Source: Candidatus Acidiferrales bacterium | Lineage (GTDB): Bacteria > Verrucomicrobiota > Verrucomicrobiia > Limisphaerales > UBA11358 | Direction: 5' to 3' | Assembly (NCBI GenBank): GCA_035499615.1 | Contig: DATJYM010000273.1 | Coordinates: 434-64,433 of the forward strand | DNA: 64,000 nt | Shown here: positions 35,681 to 45,408 of the stretch, piece by piece | Position numbering within the stretch: position 1 is the stretch's first letter | How the letters are laid out: each line of letters starts with the position of its first letter | Position numbers and translations under genes: made by a program | Notes under the pieces: model-generated | Databases searched by the model: none | Told to the model about the DNA's origin: nothing | Seen by the model: the letters and a program-made list of their open reading frames with translations, nothing else

Positions 35681-35750
35681 AATTTGCAGGAGACGACATC
35701 TGGAGTCTCTGAACTCAGAATGAGCCTCGTTGACTCGTCTCCTGCAAATT
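35681..35750 (-). repeat. 70-nt hairpin element, copy A (16-bp perfect stem)
   Basis: aatttgcaggagacga (35681-35696) pairs perfectly with tcgtctcctgcaaatt (35735-35750). Its reverse complement aligns with copy B at 53416-53482, including the loop words cgaggctca and agagactcc. Confidence 0.85.
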
Positions 35751-36317
35751 TCACCCGCGCAATTGCCGTACGTCCACCGCCTCCATGCCGGCGGCGCGGA
35801 TGGCTTGAAGGCCGAGGTCGGTGTCTTCGTAACCGCGGCAAGATTTGGGTTCGACGCCAATCCGTTTCGCGGCTTCGAGAAAAATGTCCGGCGCGGGTTT
35901 CTGGTGCTTCACCATTTCACTGGTCACCACCGCGTCAAACAGGCGCCGGATCTTTAAATGGTCGAGCACCAGGCCGATGATTTTTTGTGTGCCGCCGGAG
36001 GCGACAGCCATCGGAACTTTACCATAATTCGCCTTTGCGATTTCGACGACGGCATGGACCGGTTCAGCCCTGGCGATCAGCGGCAGGTACGTTTCTTCTT
36101 TCTCGTGCGCCACGGCGATGTGGTCCAGTGACCGGCCTTGTTCAGTGGCGAGCAGTCGCAAAATGTCACGTGAGGGCACACCGCCAAAAGCATAGAAGCG
36201 GTCCTCGGGAAATTGAAGGTTGTGGCGCTGCGTGACAATTTGCCAGGCATGCCAGTGCAAGGGCATCGTGTCGGCCAACGTGCCGTCGCAGTCAAAAATC
36301 AAACCTTTGGGATGCAT
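35751..36317 (-). CDS. HAD-superfamily hydrolase (beta-phosphoglucomutase-like)
   Basis: Motif I LIFDCDGTLADT, plus later HAD motifs (ASGG; K..PAPDIFL; YEDTDLG). Confidence 0.82.
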   Translation of the reverse strand: MHPKGLIFDCDGTLADTMPLHWHAWQIVTQRHNLQFPEDRFYAFGGVPSRDILRLLATEQGRSLDHIAVAHEKEETYLPLIARAEPVHAVVEIAKANYGKVPMAVASGGTQKIIGLVLDHLKIRRLFDAVVTSEMVKHQKPAPDIFLEAAKRIGVEPKSCRGYEDTDLGLQAIRAAGMEAVDVRQLRG

Positions 36318-36356
36318 AATGCTCTGAAGCCGGAAAGAAGGAAACGTGCGTTGATT

Positions 36357-37436
36357 TCAGCCGTTTAACGCTTTTAGCCTTTCCTCCAGGTCATGCGTCA
36401 TCAGCGGGTCAATCAGCGGGTCAAGGTCGCCATCAATGAAGTTCGCCAGATTGTAAAGCGTCACCTCGATGCGATGGTCAGTGACGCGGTTTTGCGGAAA
36501 ATTGTAGGTGCGGATTTTTTCGTTGCGTTCTCCCGTGCCGACCTGTGATTTCCGATGGGCGGCATATTTTGCGTTTTCCTCGGCGATTTTCGCTTCCAGC
36601 AAACGTGAGCGCAGAACGGTCATGGCCCTGGCCCGGTTCTTCTGTTGCGAACGTTCGTCCGCGCAGCGCACAATCAATCCGCTGGGTTTATGCTGTATTT
36701 GCACGGCCGAGTCGGTGGTGTTCACGCCCTGGCCGCCCTTCCCGGATGCGCGGCAGACGTTGATCTCGACATCTTCCGGCTTGATCTCGATGTCCACCTC
36801 CTGCGCCTCCGGCAGCACCGCCACGGTGCTGGTGCTGGTGTGGATGCGCCCCTGGGCCTCGGTTGCCGGCACGCGCTGGACGCGGTGCACCCCGCTCTCG
36901 TATTTGAGCCGCTTGTAAACGTCCGCACCGTTGATCTGGAAGATTATTTCCTTGAATCCACCAAGGTCGGACGGATTGGAATCCAGCGTTTCCACCTTCC
37001 AGCCGCGAGCTTCGGCGTAACGGCAATACATCCGGTAGAGGTCGGCGGAGAACAGCGCGGATTCCGAGCCGCCCGCGCCGGCGCGGATTTCGATGATGGT
37101 GTTGCGCGAGTCGGTCGGATCCGGTGGTACCAGGCCGTACTGGATCTGCTGCGAAAGCTTTTTCTCATCCGCTTCCAGCCGGACGATGTCCTCCCTGGCC
37201 ATCAATGCCAGTTCGGAGTCCGTCGGTTCGGATTTCAGCATTACGCGGTTTTGTTCCAAATCAGCCAGCGTTTTGAGATAACGGTCACCATGCGCGACCA
37301 GCTCCTTGAGCCGGGCATATTCACGGGACAATTCCTGCGCGCGTTGCTGATTGTCGAACACCTTGGGATCACTCAACGCGATCTCGACCTCGCCCAAGCG
37401 CTTACGGAATTTTTCAATGTGCGGTGACAGATTCAT
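36357..37436 (-). CDS. prfA: peptide chain release factor 1
   Basis: GGQ motif GKGGQGVNTTDSAV and the RF1-specific PAT tripeptide in RVPATEAQGRIHTS. Confidence 0.93.
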   Translation of the reverse strand: MNLSPHIEKFRKRLGEVEIALSDPKVFDNQQRAQELSREYARLKELVAHGDRYLKTLADLEQNRVMLKSEPTDSELALMAREDIVRLEADEKKLSQQIQYGLVPPDPTDSRNTIIEIRAGAGGSESALFSADLYRMYCRYAEARGWKVETLDSNPSDLGGFKEIIFQINGADVYKRLKYESGVHRVQRVPATEAQGRIHTSTSTVAVLPEAQEVDIEIKPEDVEINVCRASGKGGQGVNTTDSAVQIQHKPSGLIVRCADERSQQKNRARAMTVLRSRLLEAKIAEENAKYAAHRKSQVGTGERNEKIRTYNFPQNRVTDHRIEVTLYNLANFIDGDLDPLIDPLMTHDLEERLKALNG

Positions 37437-37437
37437 T

Positions 37438-37510
37438 TGCGATTTACGATATACAGTTTACGACCGGATTAGCGCGCGTTGCGTCAATCGCAAATCGTAT
37501 ATCGTAAATC
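37438..37510. repeat. inverted 7-nt-period arrays (GATTTAC-type) forming a hairpin abutting the prfA start
   Basis: gatttacgatatac (37441-37454) pairs perfectly with gtatatcgtaaatc (37497-37510). Confidence 0.9.
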
Positions 37511-37523
37511 TTGCGGACATTGT

Positions 37524-37570
37524 TCAAAAAGAAACCGCCTGCATCTGCCAAGGCAGCTTGCAGGCGGTTT
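37524..37570 (-). terminator. rho-independent terminator of rpmE
   Basis: On the minus strand, the 12-bp stem aaaccgcctgca...tgcaggcggttt is followed by cttttt. Confidence 0.85.
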
Positions 37571-37582
37571 AAATTTGAGTCG

Positions 37583-37828
37583 CTAAGCCTTCTTTTTCTT
37601 TTTTGTGGCAAATGCGGCCTGGGCGGCCTGTGTCTTGGCGGCACGCTGCTGGAATTTGTCCACCCGCCCGGCGGTATCCACGAACTTCTGCTGGCCTGTA
37701 TAGAAAGGATGGCAGACGTTGCAGATGCCGACAATGACCACGGGCTTGGTGGAGCGGGTCTTGATCACGTTGCCACAGGCGCAGCGGATTTCCGCGTCCA
37801 CATATTTCGGATGGATGTCCGTCTTCAT
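37583..37828 (-). CDS. rpmE: 50S ribosomal protein L31 (Cys-containing form)
   Basis: [21 protein letters not shown]...[11 protein letters not shown]. Start trimmed to this Met within the 105-aa ORF. Confidence 0.9.
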   Translation of the reverse strand: MKTDIHPKYVDAEIRCACGNVIKTRSTKPVVIVGICNVCHPFYTGQQKFVDTAGRVDKFQQRAAKTQAAQAAFATKKKKKA

Positions 37829-38070
37829 AAAAAGGGGCTCGAAAATAGCATGAATTTGCCGGATGACAAGACGGAAATGATGGGAATTCGACGCCGGCAA
37901 TCCGCTGTCGTTCTTCTGCGACGACCTCGCTGGAAGTCAAAATGCGCTGCTCAGCCTTTTGGTGGCTTTATGCGCTCAAAAATTTCGGTGGCTCGCAACC
38001 AAACAGACAGATTGCCTTCGACCATTTTCACTTTCCACCAGAAGCTAAGAAGCTTAATCTTCACGAGGCT

Positions 38071-38144
38071 TGTCCGATGGTGTAATGGTAACACAGCGCC
38101 CTTTGGAGGCGTTATTCTTGGTTCGAATCCAAGTCGGACAGCCA
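38071..38144 (+). tRNA. tRNA-Gln (anticodon UUG), CCA encoded
   Basis: TGTCCGATGGTGTAATGGTAACACAGCGCCCTTTGGAGGCGTTATTCTTGGTTCGAATCCAAGTCGGACAGCCA. Acceptor stem TGTCCGA/TCGGACA, anticodon loop CTTTGGA. Confidence 0.95.
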
Positions 38145-38153
38145 TTCCCGTAA

Positions 38154-40112
38154 CTATTCTTCAAGCCTGACTTCTTCGGAAGCTCCGCCGGACGGATTTG
38201 CTGATGAATCAATTTTCCCGTTGGATGGCCCTCCGCGTTTCAACCATACCAGCAGAATTCCGATGTCAGCAGGAGATACTCCGGAGATACGGGAAGCCTG
38301 ACCGATGGTGGCAGGTCGAATCCTGGTGAGCTTCTGTAAAGCTTCCAGTTTAAGACTCGGCACTTTGGAGAAATCGAAACTATGAGGGATAATCTTATCT
38401 TCCAAGCCTTTGAATCTTTCAACTTCAAGTTCCTGGCGTTCGATATATCCAGCGTACTTAACCGCAATCTCCACCTGCTGAATGACCTCGTCAGACAAGG
38501 TCTCATTTCCGCCAGGCAAATCTTTGTAAGAAATCTCAGGCCGGCTCAACAGTTTAGCAAAAGTATTTGAACCATAACGTGTTGTGCTAATCCTTCTCAA
38601 CTCGTCGGTAATTTCCAGGCGTTTAGCACAGAATCTTTGATAATTGCGCGCAGGCAAAAGACCGATTTCATGGCCAAGCTCAGAGAGTCTTAAGTCCGCA
38701 TTGTCTTGGCGTAATATGAGTCGGAACTCCGCCCGCGAGGTAAACATCCGGTAAGGTTCGGTTGTTCCTTTCGTAACCAAATCGTCGATCAAAACACCGA
38801 TATATGCTTGGTCACGCCGCAATACAAACGGACCCAATTTTTTAGTTCGTCTTGCCGCGTTTATTCCAGCTATAAGTCCTTGTGCTCCAGCCTCTTCGTA
38901 ACCTGAAGTACCATTTATTTGACCCGCTAAAAACAAGTTCTTACAAACTTGTGTTTCCAACGTCGGCCCTAATTGCGTTGGGAAAACCAGATCGTATTCA
39001 ACGGCATAGGCTGGGCGAATTATTTCAGCACTTTCGCATCCGATAATTGTTCGAACCAGCTCCATTTGTACTTCAAATGGAAGACTTGTTGAGAAGCCGT
39101 TGACGTAGATTTCATCTGTCTCAATGCCTTCGGGTTCTAGAAAAATTTGGTGGCGCTCCTTTTGACTGAATCTTACTATTTTGTCTTCGATTGACGGACA
39201 ATATCTTGGTCCAATTCCTTGAATAATACCTGAATACAAAGGAGATTTATGCAGGTTCTCTCTAATTAACCCGGCAGTCTTTTGAGTCGTGTAAGTGATG
39301 TAGCACGGCATTTGGCCATTAATTCGCTCAAGAATTGATCTGGGCGGGTATTTACCACTTTTCAGTCCTTCTTCAGCCTCCGGCTTGTCCTTCTGTTCCA
39401 CGTGGAACAAATCATCTTTCCAGTAGGTAAAATAGGGCACTGGTTCGTCCCCTGGTTGCATCTCTACTTTGGAGAAATCAATTGAACGCTTAAGCAAGCG
39501 CGGTGGAGTCCCCGTCTTAAATCGGCCAAGTTCCAAGCCAAGATCCTGAAGAGACGATGAAAGGCTCATAGCAGCTACATCACCGGCGCGCCCACCGGTC
39601 TGCTGATTCGATCCGATATGCATCAAGCCTCTTAAGAAAGTGCCAGTGGTTACAACCACAGTCTTCCCATAGAACTGGACCTGCATGGTCGTCTCCACTC
39701 CGCAGGCTTCGCCATTTGTGTGAAGGACTTTTGCCGACTGGCCTTGTCTAACATCAAGGTTCGGCTGCGTCTCGCAAATCCATTTTAAACGGAATTGATA
39801 GGCCTTTTTGTCGCATTGAGCGCGTGGGGCCCAAACGGCCGGACCCTTCTTTGTGTTAAGCATGCGAAACTGAAGTCCGGTCATGTCTGTGTTCTTTCCC
39901 ATCTCGCCTCCCAGTGCATCAATTTCGCGCGCCAAGTGCCCCTTAGCCAGCCCACCAATCGCCGGGTTGCAGGACATCTGACCAATCGTGTCAGCATTCA
40001 TCGTCAGCAGCAATGTCTGACAACCCATGCGTGCGGCGGCCAACGCTGCTTCAACTCCGGCGTGACCGGCCCCAACGACTATGACGTCGTACGACTTTGG
40101 ATAGACGAACAT
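38154..40112 (-). CDS. mnmG: tRNA uridine-5-carboxymethylaminomethyl modification enzyme MnmG (GidA)
   Basis: 652 aa. FAD-binding N-terminus YDVIVVGAGHAGVEAALAAARMG and overall GidA pattern. Confidence 0.93.
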   Translation of the reverse strand: MFVYPKSYDVIVVGAGHAGVEAALAAARMGCQTLLLTMNADTIGQMSCNPAIGGLAKGHLAREIDALGGEMGKNTDMTGLQFRMLNTKKGPAVWAPRAQCDKKAYQFRLKWICETQPNLDVRQGQSAKVLHTNGEACGVETTMQVQFYGKTVVVTTGTFLRGLMHIGSNQQTGGRAGDVAAMSLSSSLQDLGLELGRFKTGTPPRLLKRSIDFSKVEMQPGDEPVPYFTYWKDDLFHVEQKDKPEAEEGLKSGKYPPRSILERINGQMPCYITYTTQKTAGLIRENLHKSPLYSGIIQGIGPRYCPSIEDKIVRFSQKERHQIFLEPEGIETDEIYVNGFSTSLPFEVQMELVRTIIGCESAEIIRPAYAVEYDLVFPTQLGPTLETQVCKNLFLAGQINGTSGYEEAGAQGLIAGINAARRTKKLGPFVLRRDQAYIGVLIDDLVTKGTTEPYRMFTSRAEFRLILRQDNADLRLSELGHEIGLLPARNYQRFCAKRLEITDELRRISTTRYGSNTFAKLLSRPEISYKDLPGGNETLSDEVIQQVEIAVKYAGYIERQELEVERFKGLEDKIIPHSFDFSKVPSLKLEALQKLTRIRPATIGQASRISGVSPADIGILLVWLKRGGPSNGKIDSSANPSGGASEEVRLEE

Positions 40113-40119
40113 GAGAGCG

Positions 40120-41715
40120 TCAGCCTAAACCATATTTTGAATCGAGGAAAGAACGTCCTTGGGCTTTTACGATTCGGCGATTCTGGTTTGCTGTTAAATG
40201 TTGAATAACTTTAATGATTGTCTCTATATCATACTCACAATGAATAAGTTGTGATATTTCAAAGACTGTGAATAACTTGCCTGGTTTACTAGATAGGCAG
40301 CTTAAAATCTCTCCTTGAATTTTAATAACTTTTTCGGCCGCCTTCTTCCCGGCTTCGACGCCAGGTTGATGGTATGCGTTAATGTTTATCAAGGACGCGT
40401 AAAATCCAACTGCCCGTTCAAACAGCGCAATTAACCTTGCTACACTTTGCGCGGAAACGTCAGTTACGGTGATTGTCAAAGATTCTCGATTCTTTTCGGC
40501 CAGCGCTTCTCGTGTCCCTAAGTAAAAGCCGTGCAAAAAGTCTCCAGCTGTTACGTTGTTCTCGACCATGAAATCCGAGTTTTGACCATCATTCAACACT
40601 TCGATAAACGTAACGAAAAAGTCGTTAGGCCCATCGCGCAACTGTTGAACGTAAGCATGCTGGTCCGTAGACCCCTTATTGCCGAAAACGGTGAGGCCCT
40701 GATTAACGACATTTCCGTTCAGATCCAATTCTTTACCGAGAGATTCCATGACCAGTTGTTGAAGATATCGTGAAAACAACTCCAAGCGGTCATTATAAGG
40801 TAAAAAAACCATATTTTTAGTTCCTTTACCGTTACCGGATTCGAACCAAGCCAATGCTAATTGTAGTGCCGGATTGCCTTTAACGTTCGTATTTCGCGTT
40901 AATGTGTCAATCTCACAAGCTCCTGATAATAATTTTGTTATATCGATTCCTTGCAAGGCGGCAGGCAACAGGCCGACCACAGATAATTCGCTGGTTCGTC
41001 CACCCACCCAATCCCACATCGGAAAACGTGAAAGCCATTTGTTTTGGATTGCGTATTTATCTAGATCACTCCCTGCCATGGTGGTAGCGATGGCGTGCGC
41101 GCCGAAGTCGAGTCCTGACTGTTCGTAAGCCGCTTTGGCCATGAGCATCCCATTTCGGGTCTCTTTGGTGCCACCGGATTTTGAGATGACGATACACAGG
41201 GTCCGATTCAATTCAGGGCCAATTGTCGCCAGGAGGCGATTCATCCCGTCAGGATCGGTATTGTCAAAAAAGAAAGGCTTAAGCTTATCAGCAGGAGGAT
41301 CTCCCAGGGCATGAGCGACGAATTGAGGGCCGAGAGCGGATCCGCCAATGCCAATCAATAAATAATTCTTAAAAGGTCCGCCATGGCCGCGAATTTGCCC
41401 GGAGTGGATTCGGGCGGTAAAATCTTTGAGACGGTTGGTCGTATCTTCAATTTCCTTGCGGATTTCCGGAGTTGGCGCGAGCGCGGGGTTTCGCAGCCAA
41501 TAATGGCCGACCAGCCGGTTCTCATCGGGGTTTGCCACGGCGCCCTTTTCCAGCGCTGCCATGGCGGCCAATGCCTTTTTCACACCCGATTCCATCTCCG
41601 CGAAGAACTCGTCGGATACGTTCATGCGGCTCAAGTCCACTGCCAAACCCACTTCGGGAAATTCGGTGTAGTATTTTTGAAATCGCTCCCACCACTGTAA
41701 TTTCGTGTTCTGCAT
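40120..41715 (-). CDS. pgi: glucose-6-phosphate isomerase
   Basis: Start trimmed to the ATG at 41715 (MQNTKLQWWERF). PGI-like pattern: LLIGIGGSALGPQF, VISKSGGTKET, GGRTSELS. Confidence 0.85.
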   Translation of the reverse strand: MQNTKLQWWERFQKYYTEFPEVGLAVDLSRMNVSDEFFAEMESGVKKALAAMAALEKGAVANPDENRLVGHYWLRNPALAPTPEIRKEIEDTTNRLKDFTARIHSGQIRGHGGPFKNYLLIGIGGSALGPQFVAHALGDPPADKLKPFFFDNTDPDGMNRLLATIGPELNRTLCIVISKSGGTKETRNGMLMAKAAYEQSGLDFGAHAIATTMAGSDLDKYAIQNKWLSRFPMWDWVGGRTSELSVVGLLPAALQGIDITKLLSGACEIDTLTRNTNVKGNPALQLALAWFESGNGKGTKNMVFLPYNDRLELFSRYLQQLVMESLGKELDLNGNVVNQGLTVFGNKGSTDQHAYVQQLRDGPNDFFVTFIEVLNDGQNSDFMVENNVTAGDFLHGFYLGTREALAEKNRESLTITVTDVSAQSVARLIALFERAVGFYASLININAYHQPGVEAGKKAAEKVIKIQGEILSCLSSKPGKLFTVFEISQLIHCEYDIETIIKVIQHLTANQNRRIVKAQGRSFLDSKYGLG

Positions 41716-41850
41716 AGAATTTGAACCAATGTGGTTGGATAAATTTGGCGACCGTTTCTGGCAAGAAAATAGCGCAAGAGAATTTACCGAGGACCAACGG
41801 ACGCCCGAACGGGTCGGACGTTTCAAGCTCCGGCAAGCGACCCGTCGGCT

Positions 41851-43581
41851 TCAGCTGGCCGGCAAGGTCAGGATGATGCTGGTTCCGTGCTGCAAGCGGG
41901 ATTTGATGCGGATGTTGCCGCGATGGGTTTCCACGATGCGCCCGACAATGGCCAGGCCCAGCCCTGTGCCTTTGGCCTTGGTGGTGCTTAACACCGCCGT
42001 AAAGGCGCGCTTCTGCAATTCTTCGCTCATGCCTTTGCCGGTGTCCTTCACTTCCACCGAGACATGGGTCGGCTTCTCGCTGGCGCGGGGCAGGCGGATG
42101 GCCCGCGATCTAATAACGAGCGTACCGCCGTCGGGCATCGCCTCGGCGGCGTTGAGAATCAGGTTCAGAAAGGCCTGTTCCAGTTGCGGTGCGTCGCCCA
42201 TGACCAGAGGCAAATCCGCCGCCAGTTCCCGAACCAGTCCGATATTCTGATTTGCCAGTTTATGACGCACCAGCAGGCCGAGTTCGTCGATCAATTCGTT
42301 CAAATTCACCGGGGCGAGACGGGGTTCGGTCGTGCGGGCAAAGGCGAGAATCCGCTCCACGATTCGGTTCAGATGTTCGATTTTCGCCTGAATCAGTCTG
42401 GCGTCCTTGGCACGCGGATCACTGTCGGGAAACTTCAGGTCCAGCGAATGGTAAAGCAGCTTTACCACAGTGAGCGGATTGCGGATTTCGTGCGCGACTT
42501 CGGCGGCCAGCAGGCCCAGGGCGGAAAGTTTTTCATTTTGCCGCAACTGTTCCTCCACGTCTACAATGCGCTCATAGAGACGCGCCTTTTCGATGGCGAT
42601 ACCGGACAATTCCGCCAGGGCGCTCAGGATGCGGATTTCTTCATTGGAAAAATTATAGGGCTGGCCGGTATAAACACTCAACGTGCCGGTGACCTGACCG
42701 GCAAACAGCAACGGCACGCTCAGCAGGGAAATCAATCCTTCGCGGCGCGCAACATCGACGTTCTGGTAACGACTCGAGGTCTGGACATTTTCCAGTTGCA
42801 TCGGCTTTTTGCGGCGGACGACAACGCCCAGAACGCTTTCTTCGACGCTCAACCGCGGTTTTTTGAGATAGGCTTTGCCGCCGCCATAATTGGCGCGCAG
42901 ATCCAGCCATTCACGACTTTCATCCAGCATCATCAACGAACACATCCGCGCCCGCATGAGCACGCATGCTTCGCGCGTGATGACGCGCAATGCCTCGTCC
43001 AGATTCAGCGTGGAATTGATCGTACGGCTCACGCTCGCGAGCGATTCGAACAGGCGTGCTTTTAGGCGCAGTTGTTCGTACAGCCAGGTATTTTGAATCA
43101 CCTTCGCCGCCTGTACCGCCAGTTCCTGTAACAGTTCCTGGTCCTCCACCTTGAAGGCATCCACCCGGTCCGAATCCACGTTCAACACGCCCCGCGTCTC
43201 GCCGTTGACTTCCAGCGGCACCGCCAGCTCCGAGCACACACCGGTCCGGACGGCGACATATCGCGGATCCTGGATCACGTCGCCGACCAGGGCGGGTTTG
43301 CCGTGGCGCGCGACCCAGCCCGTAATGCCTTCACCCAGACGCAGTTGCAGTCGCTTGGCGCTGGCGGGGAGCCCTTGCGCGGCGTGAATTTCCAGAAAAC
43401 CCGAGGTCGGATTGATCAGGACCACCGAACCGCTGGACGCGCGCATTAGACGGACGGCTTCGCTCACAATCAATTGCAACGCCTCCTGCGAATCCAACGT
43501 TGAATGAATGACCTTGCTCACCTGGTAGAGCAGGTTCAACCGCTCGTAACGCAGCAACAGTGTTGTCAATTCGTCGTTCAC
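41851..43581 (-). CDS. sensor histidine kinase with tandem GAF domains
   Basis: 576 aa with two GAF-like regions, H-box AAEVAHEIRNPLTVV, and ATPase boxes DTGKGM and GTGLGLAIV. No adjacent response regulator. Confidence 0.88.
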   Translation of the reverse strand: MNDELTTLLLRYERLNLLYQVSKVIHSTLDSQEALQLIVSEAVRLMRASSGSVVLINPTSGFLEIHAAQGLPASAKRLQLRLGEGITGWVARHGKPALVGDVIQDPRYVAVRTGVCSELAVPLEVNGETRGVLNVDSDRVDAFKVEDQELLQELAVQAAKVIQNTWLYEQLRLKARLFESLASVSRTINSTLNLDEALRVITREACVLMRARMCSLMMLDESREWLDLRANYGGGKAYLKKPRLSVEESVLGVVVRRKKPMQLENVQTSSRYQNVDVARREGLISLLSVPLLFAGQVTGTLSVYTGQPYNFSNEEIRILSALAELSGIAIEKARLYERIVDVEEQLRQNEKLSALGLLAAEVAHEIRNPLTVVKLLYHSLDLKFPDSDPRAKDARLIQAKIEHLNRIVERILAFARTTEPRLAPVNLNELIDELGLLVRHKLANQNIGLVRELAADLPLVMGDAPQLEQAFLNLILNAAEAMPDGGTLVIRSRAIRLPRASEKPTHVSVEVKDTGKGMSEELQKRAFTAVLSTTKAKGTGLGLAIVGRIVETHRGNIRIKSRLQHGTSIILTLPAS

Positions 43582-43597
43582 CTTTATCCGGGTTTGT

Positions 43598-44707
43598 TTA
43601 CCTTACGCGCGCCATGGAAAGCAGCCCCACTGCGGCAAAAAGCAGGTTGGGCAGCCAGGCGGCCAGCGACGCCGGCAAAAAGCCGCCCATCCCCAGGGCC
43701 AGCCCGACTTGCTGAAGCACAAAGAAAGTAAAACAGATGAATACGCTGCCCGCCACACCAACAAAGAGGTTCCGCCGGCCGGGGGCCACACCAAATGGTA
43801 TGGCGATGAGCACCACGACCAGGCACGTCCATGGTGTTGCCAGCCGGCCTTCAAATTTGGTCCACCATTTCCCTGCTTCGGCGGGCGGCAAATCCGGATG
43901 CCTCTGCAGATATTCCCAAAGGACTGAAAGTGGTATGTTAAGATTACGCGAATGCAGGTTCGCATAGCGGCTCATCTTGATTTCGTTTTCAATGCCCGCA
44001 GGGGTTTCATCAAATTCCGGCATGGCCAACTCGTCGGTTTGGAGACCGGGAACGATCGGGGCCGCTTCACCGGCCTGCACTAGCTCCTTCACTTTGAAAA
44101 ACGTCCAGCCCGGCTTCGAGTAAACCGCCCGGTCGGCGTACAGTTTCCGAATGGAGCCGTCCGGCAGGGTCCAATTCACTACAATCGGGCCAGACATCTC
44201 GGCGGTTGAGGGATGATAAGCGCTGAATATCCAGATGCGATTGGCCCGCACGTTTTTGAAGCCGTGGAATTGATTCGCGGTATCGTCCCGCTTGGGCACG
44301 TACCGGTTCAAAATGCGGTCCGCCCAATCGGCACTTCGGGGTACCACGATTTCATTCAGCGCGAACAACGCTACGCTCGCGGTAAATCCCACCAGAAAAT
44401 AAGGAAGGCACAACCGCCACAAACTCAGGCCCGCGGCGCGCAGGGCGGTGATTTCATTATGCCGGCTGTGATGGGTGAGCGTATAGAGCAACGCCAGCAG
44501 GAGGGCGACGGGCAGTACGGTCACCAGACATTCTGGCGTCCAGGCTAAACACAACTCAATGACATCCAGCAAATGCAGTTTGGCTTCCTGCAAATCGTCC
44601 AACCGGGAGAATAAGTTGAAAGAAATCCAGAAGACCACGAAACCACCAAGGCAATACGCCAGGGGGGTGAGCAGTTCGCGCAACAAATATCGGTCGAATA
44701 ACCGCAT
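43598..44707 (-). CDS. LptF/LptG-family (YjgP/YjgQ) permease
   Basis: Start trimmed to the ATG at 44707 (MRLFDRYLLRELLTPLAYCLGGF, the typical family N-terminus). The longer track ORF runs into the tmRNA gene. Confidence 0.8.
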   Translation of the reverse strand: MRLFDRYLLRELLTPLAYCLGGFVVFWISFNLFSRLDDLQEAKLHLLDVIELCLAWTPECLVTVLPVALLLALLYTLTHHSRHNEITALRAAGLSLWRLCLPYFLVGFTASVALFALNEIVVPRSADWADRILNRYVPKRDDTANQFHGFKNVRANRIWIFSAYHPSTAEMSGPIVVNWTLPDGSIRKLYADRAVYSKPGWTFFKVKELVQAGEAAPIVPGLQTDELAMPEFDETPAGIENEIKMSRYANLHSRNLNIPLSVLWEYLQRHPDLPPAEAGKWWTKFEGRLATPWTCLVVVLIAIPFGVAPGRRNLFVGVAGSVFICFTFFVLQQVGLALGMGGFLPASLAAWLPNLLFAAVGLLSMARVR

Positions 44708-44902
44708 CCACGCAGGGTAAGCGGCCCGCCGGGAAGTGGGCAAGTCTGGCCTCCGTGGCCCATTCCGGCCGGCCCGCGCGAAAATTCGGTGCAAACCGCC
44801 TGGTCTGCCGGGTCGTAGCTTGCGATTCCACCGGGTGGGACCGTCTGCTTTCGCTTGGCTACGGCGCAACGCGCTGCGTCCGAATCCGAGCGAAATTCGG
44901 TA

Positions 44903-45255
44903 TGGTGGAGGCGGCGGGAGTTGAACCCGCGTCCCCGGCAAACAAACCAGCCGCGACTACATGCTTAGTCCGGAGAATTTTTTCTGCTGTGCGATGGCGT
45001 CCGGACTCGAATCGCACTGCCTAGTCCGCATGGAATTTTCTCGGCCAACAGCGCGCGGTCTCCGCCGTCAACCATGCCTGCTATGGCGTTCGTCCGGCGT
45101 AGCAGGTGTCCACCGGCGAACGTCGCAGCACTTTAGGCCGCGAGAGCTAATTCTTCGTTAGCTGTTTTGTTTGATGCGATGATTAACGAGGCCAACGCAT
45201 CGTCCTCGGCATGCCGCCTCTGGCGCATTCACTGGGTCGAAACCGGTGCGCCCCC
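44903..45255 (-). ncRNA. ssrA: tmRNA (SsrA), one-piece, CCA encoded; tag ORF at 45133-45162 encodes ANEELALAA
   Basis: 5' end GGGGGCGCACCGGTTTCGAC and 3' end GGTTCAACTCCCGCCGCCTCCACCA, a tRNA-Ala-like acceptor with a G3:U pair. Also GCATGCCGAGG...GGCCTCGT, and the resume frame GCT AAC GAA GAA TTA GCT CTC GCG GCC TAA. Confidence 0.93.
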
Positions 45256-45408
45256 AAATGTCGGCAATCTCATAATCGGCTAACTCGCCGTCCGGGTCAA
45301 GCGTAGCGGCCTCAGGGATGCCAGATTACTTGGTTTGGAGTTCCGCGTTGACCCGACCGTTCCGCCACGCGGGGTGGGACTCCAAACTGTCCTTCTGTGG
45401 CGTTGGCT

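Noticed and set aside
43598-44941. Full-length 447-aa ORF for the LptF/G-like gene, and similar N-terminal extensions at 31447-33261, 45409-47595, 40120-41826, 15370-16665 and 9173-10888
   Set aside because: The extensions overlap the tmRNA gene, the opposite-strand trpD, or neighbouring genes, and are Pro/Arg/Gly-rich. Internal ATGs immediately precede recognisable family N-termini or signal peptides, so shorter starts were used.
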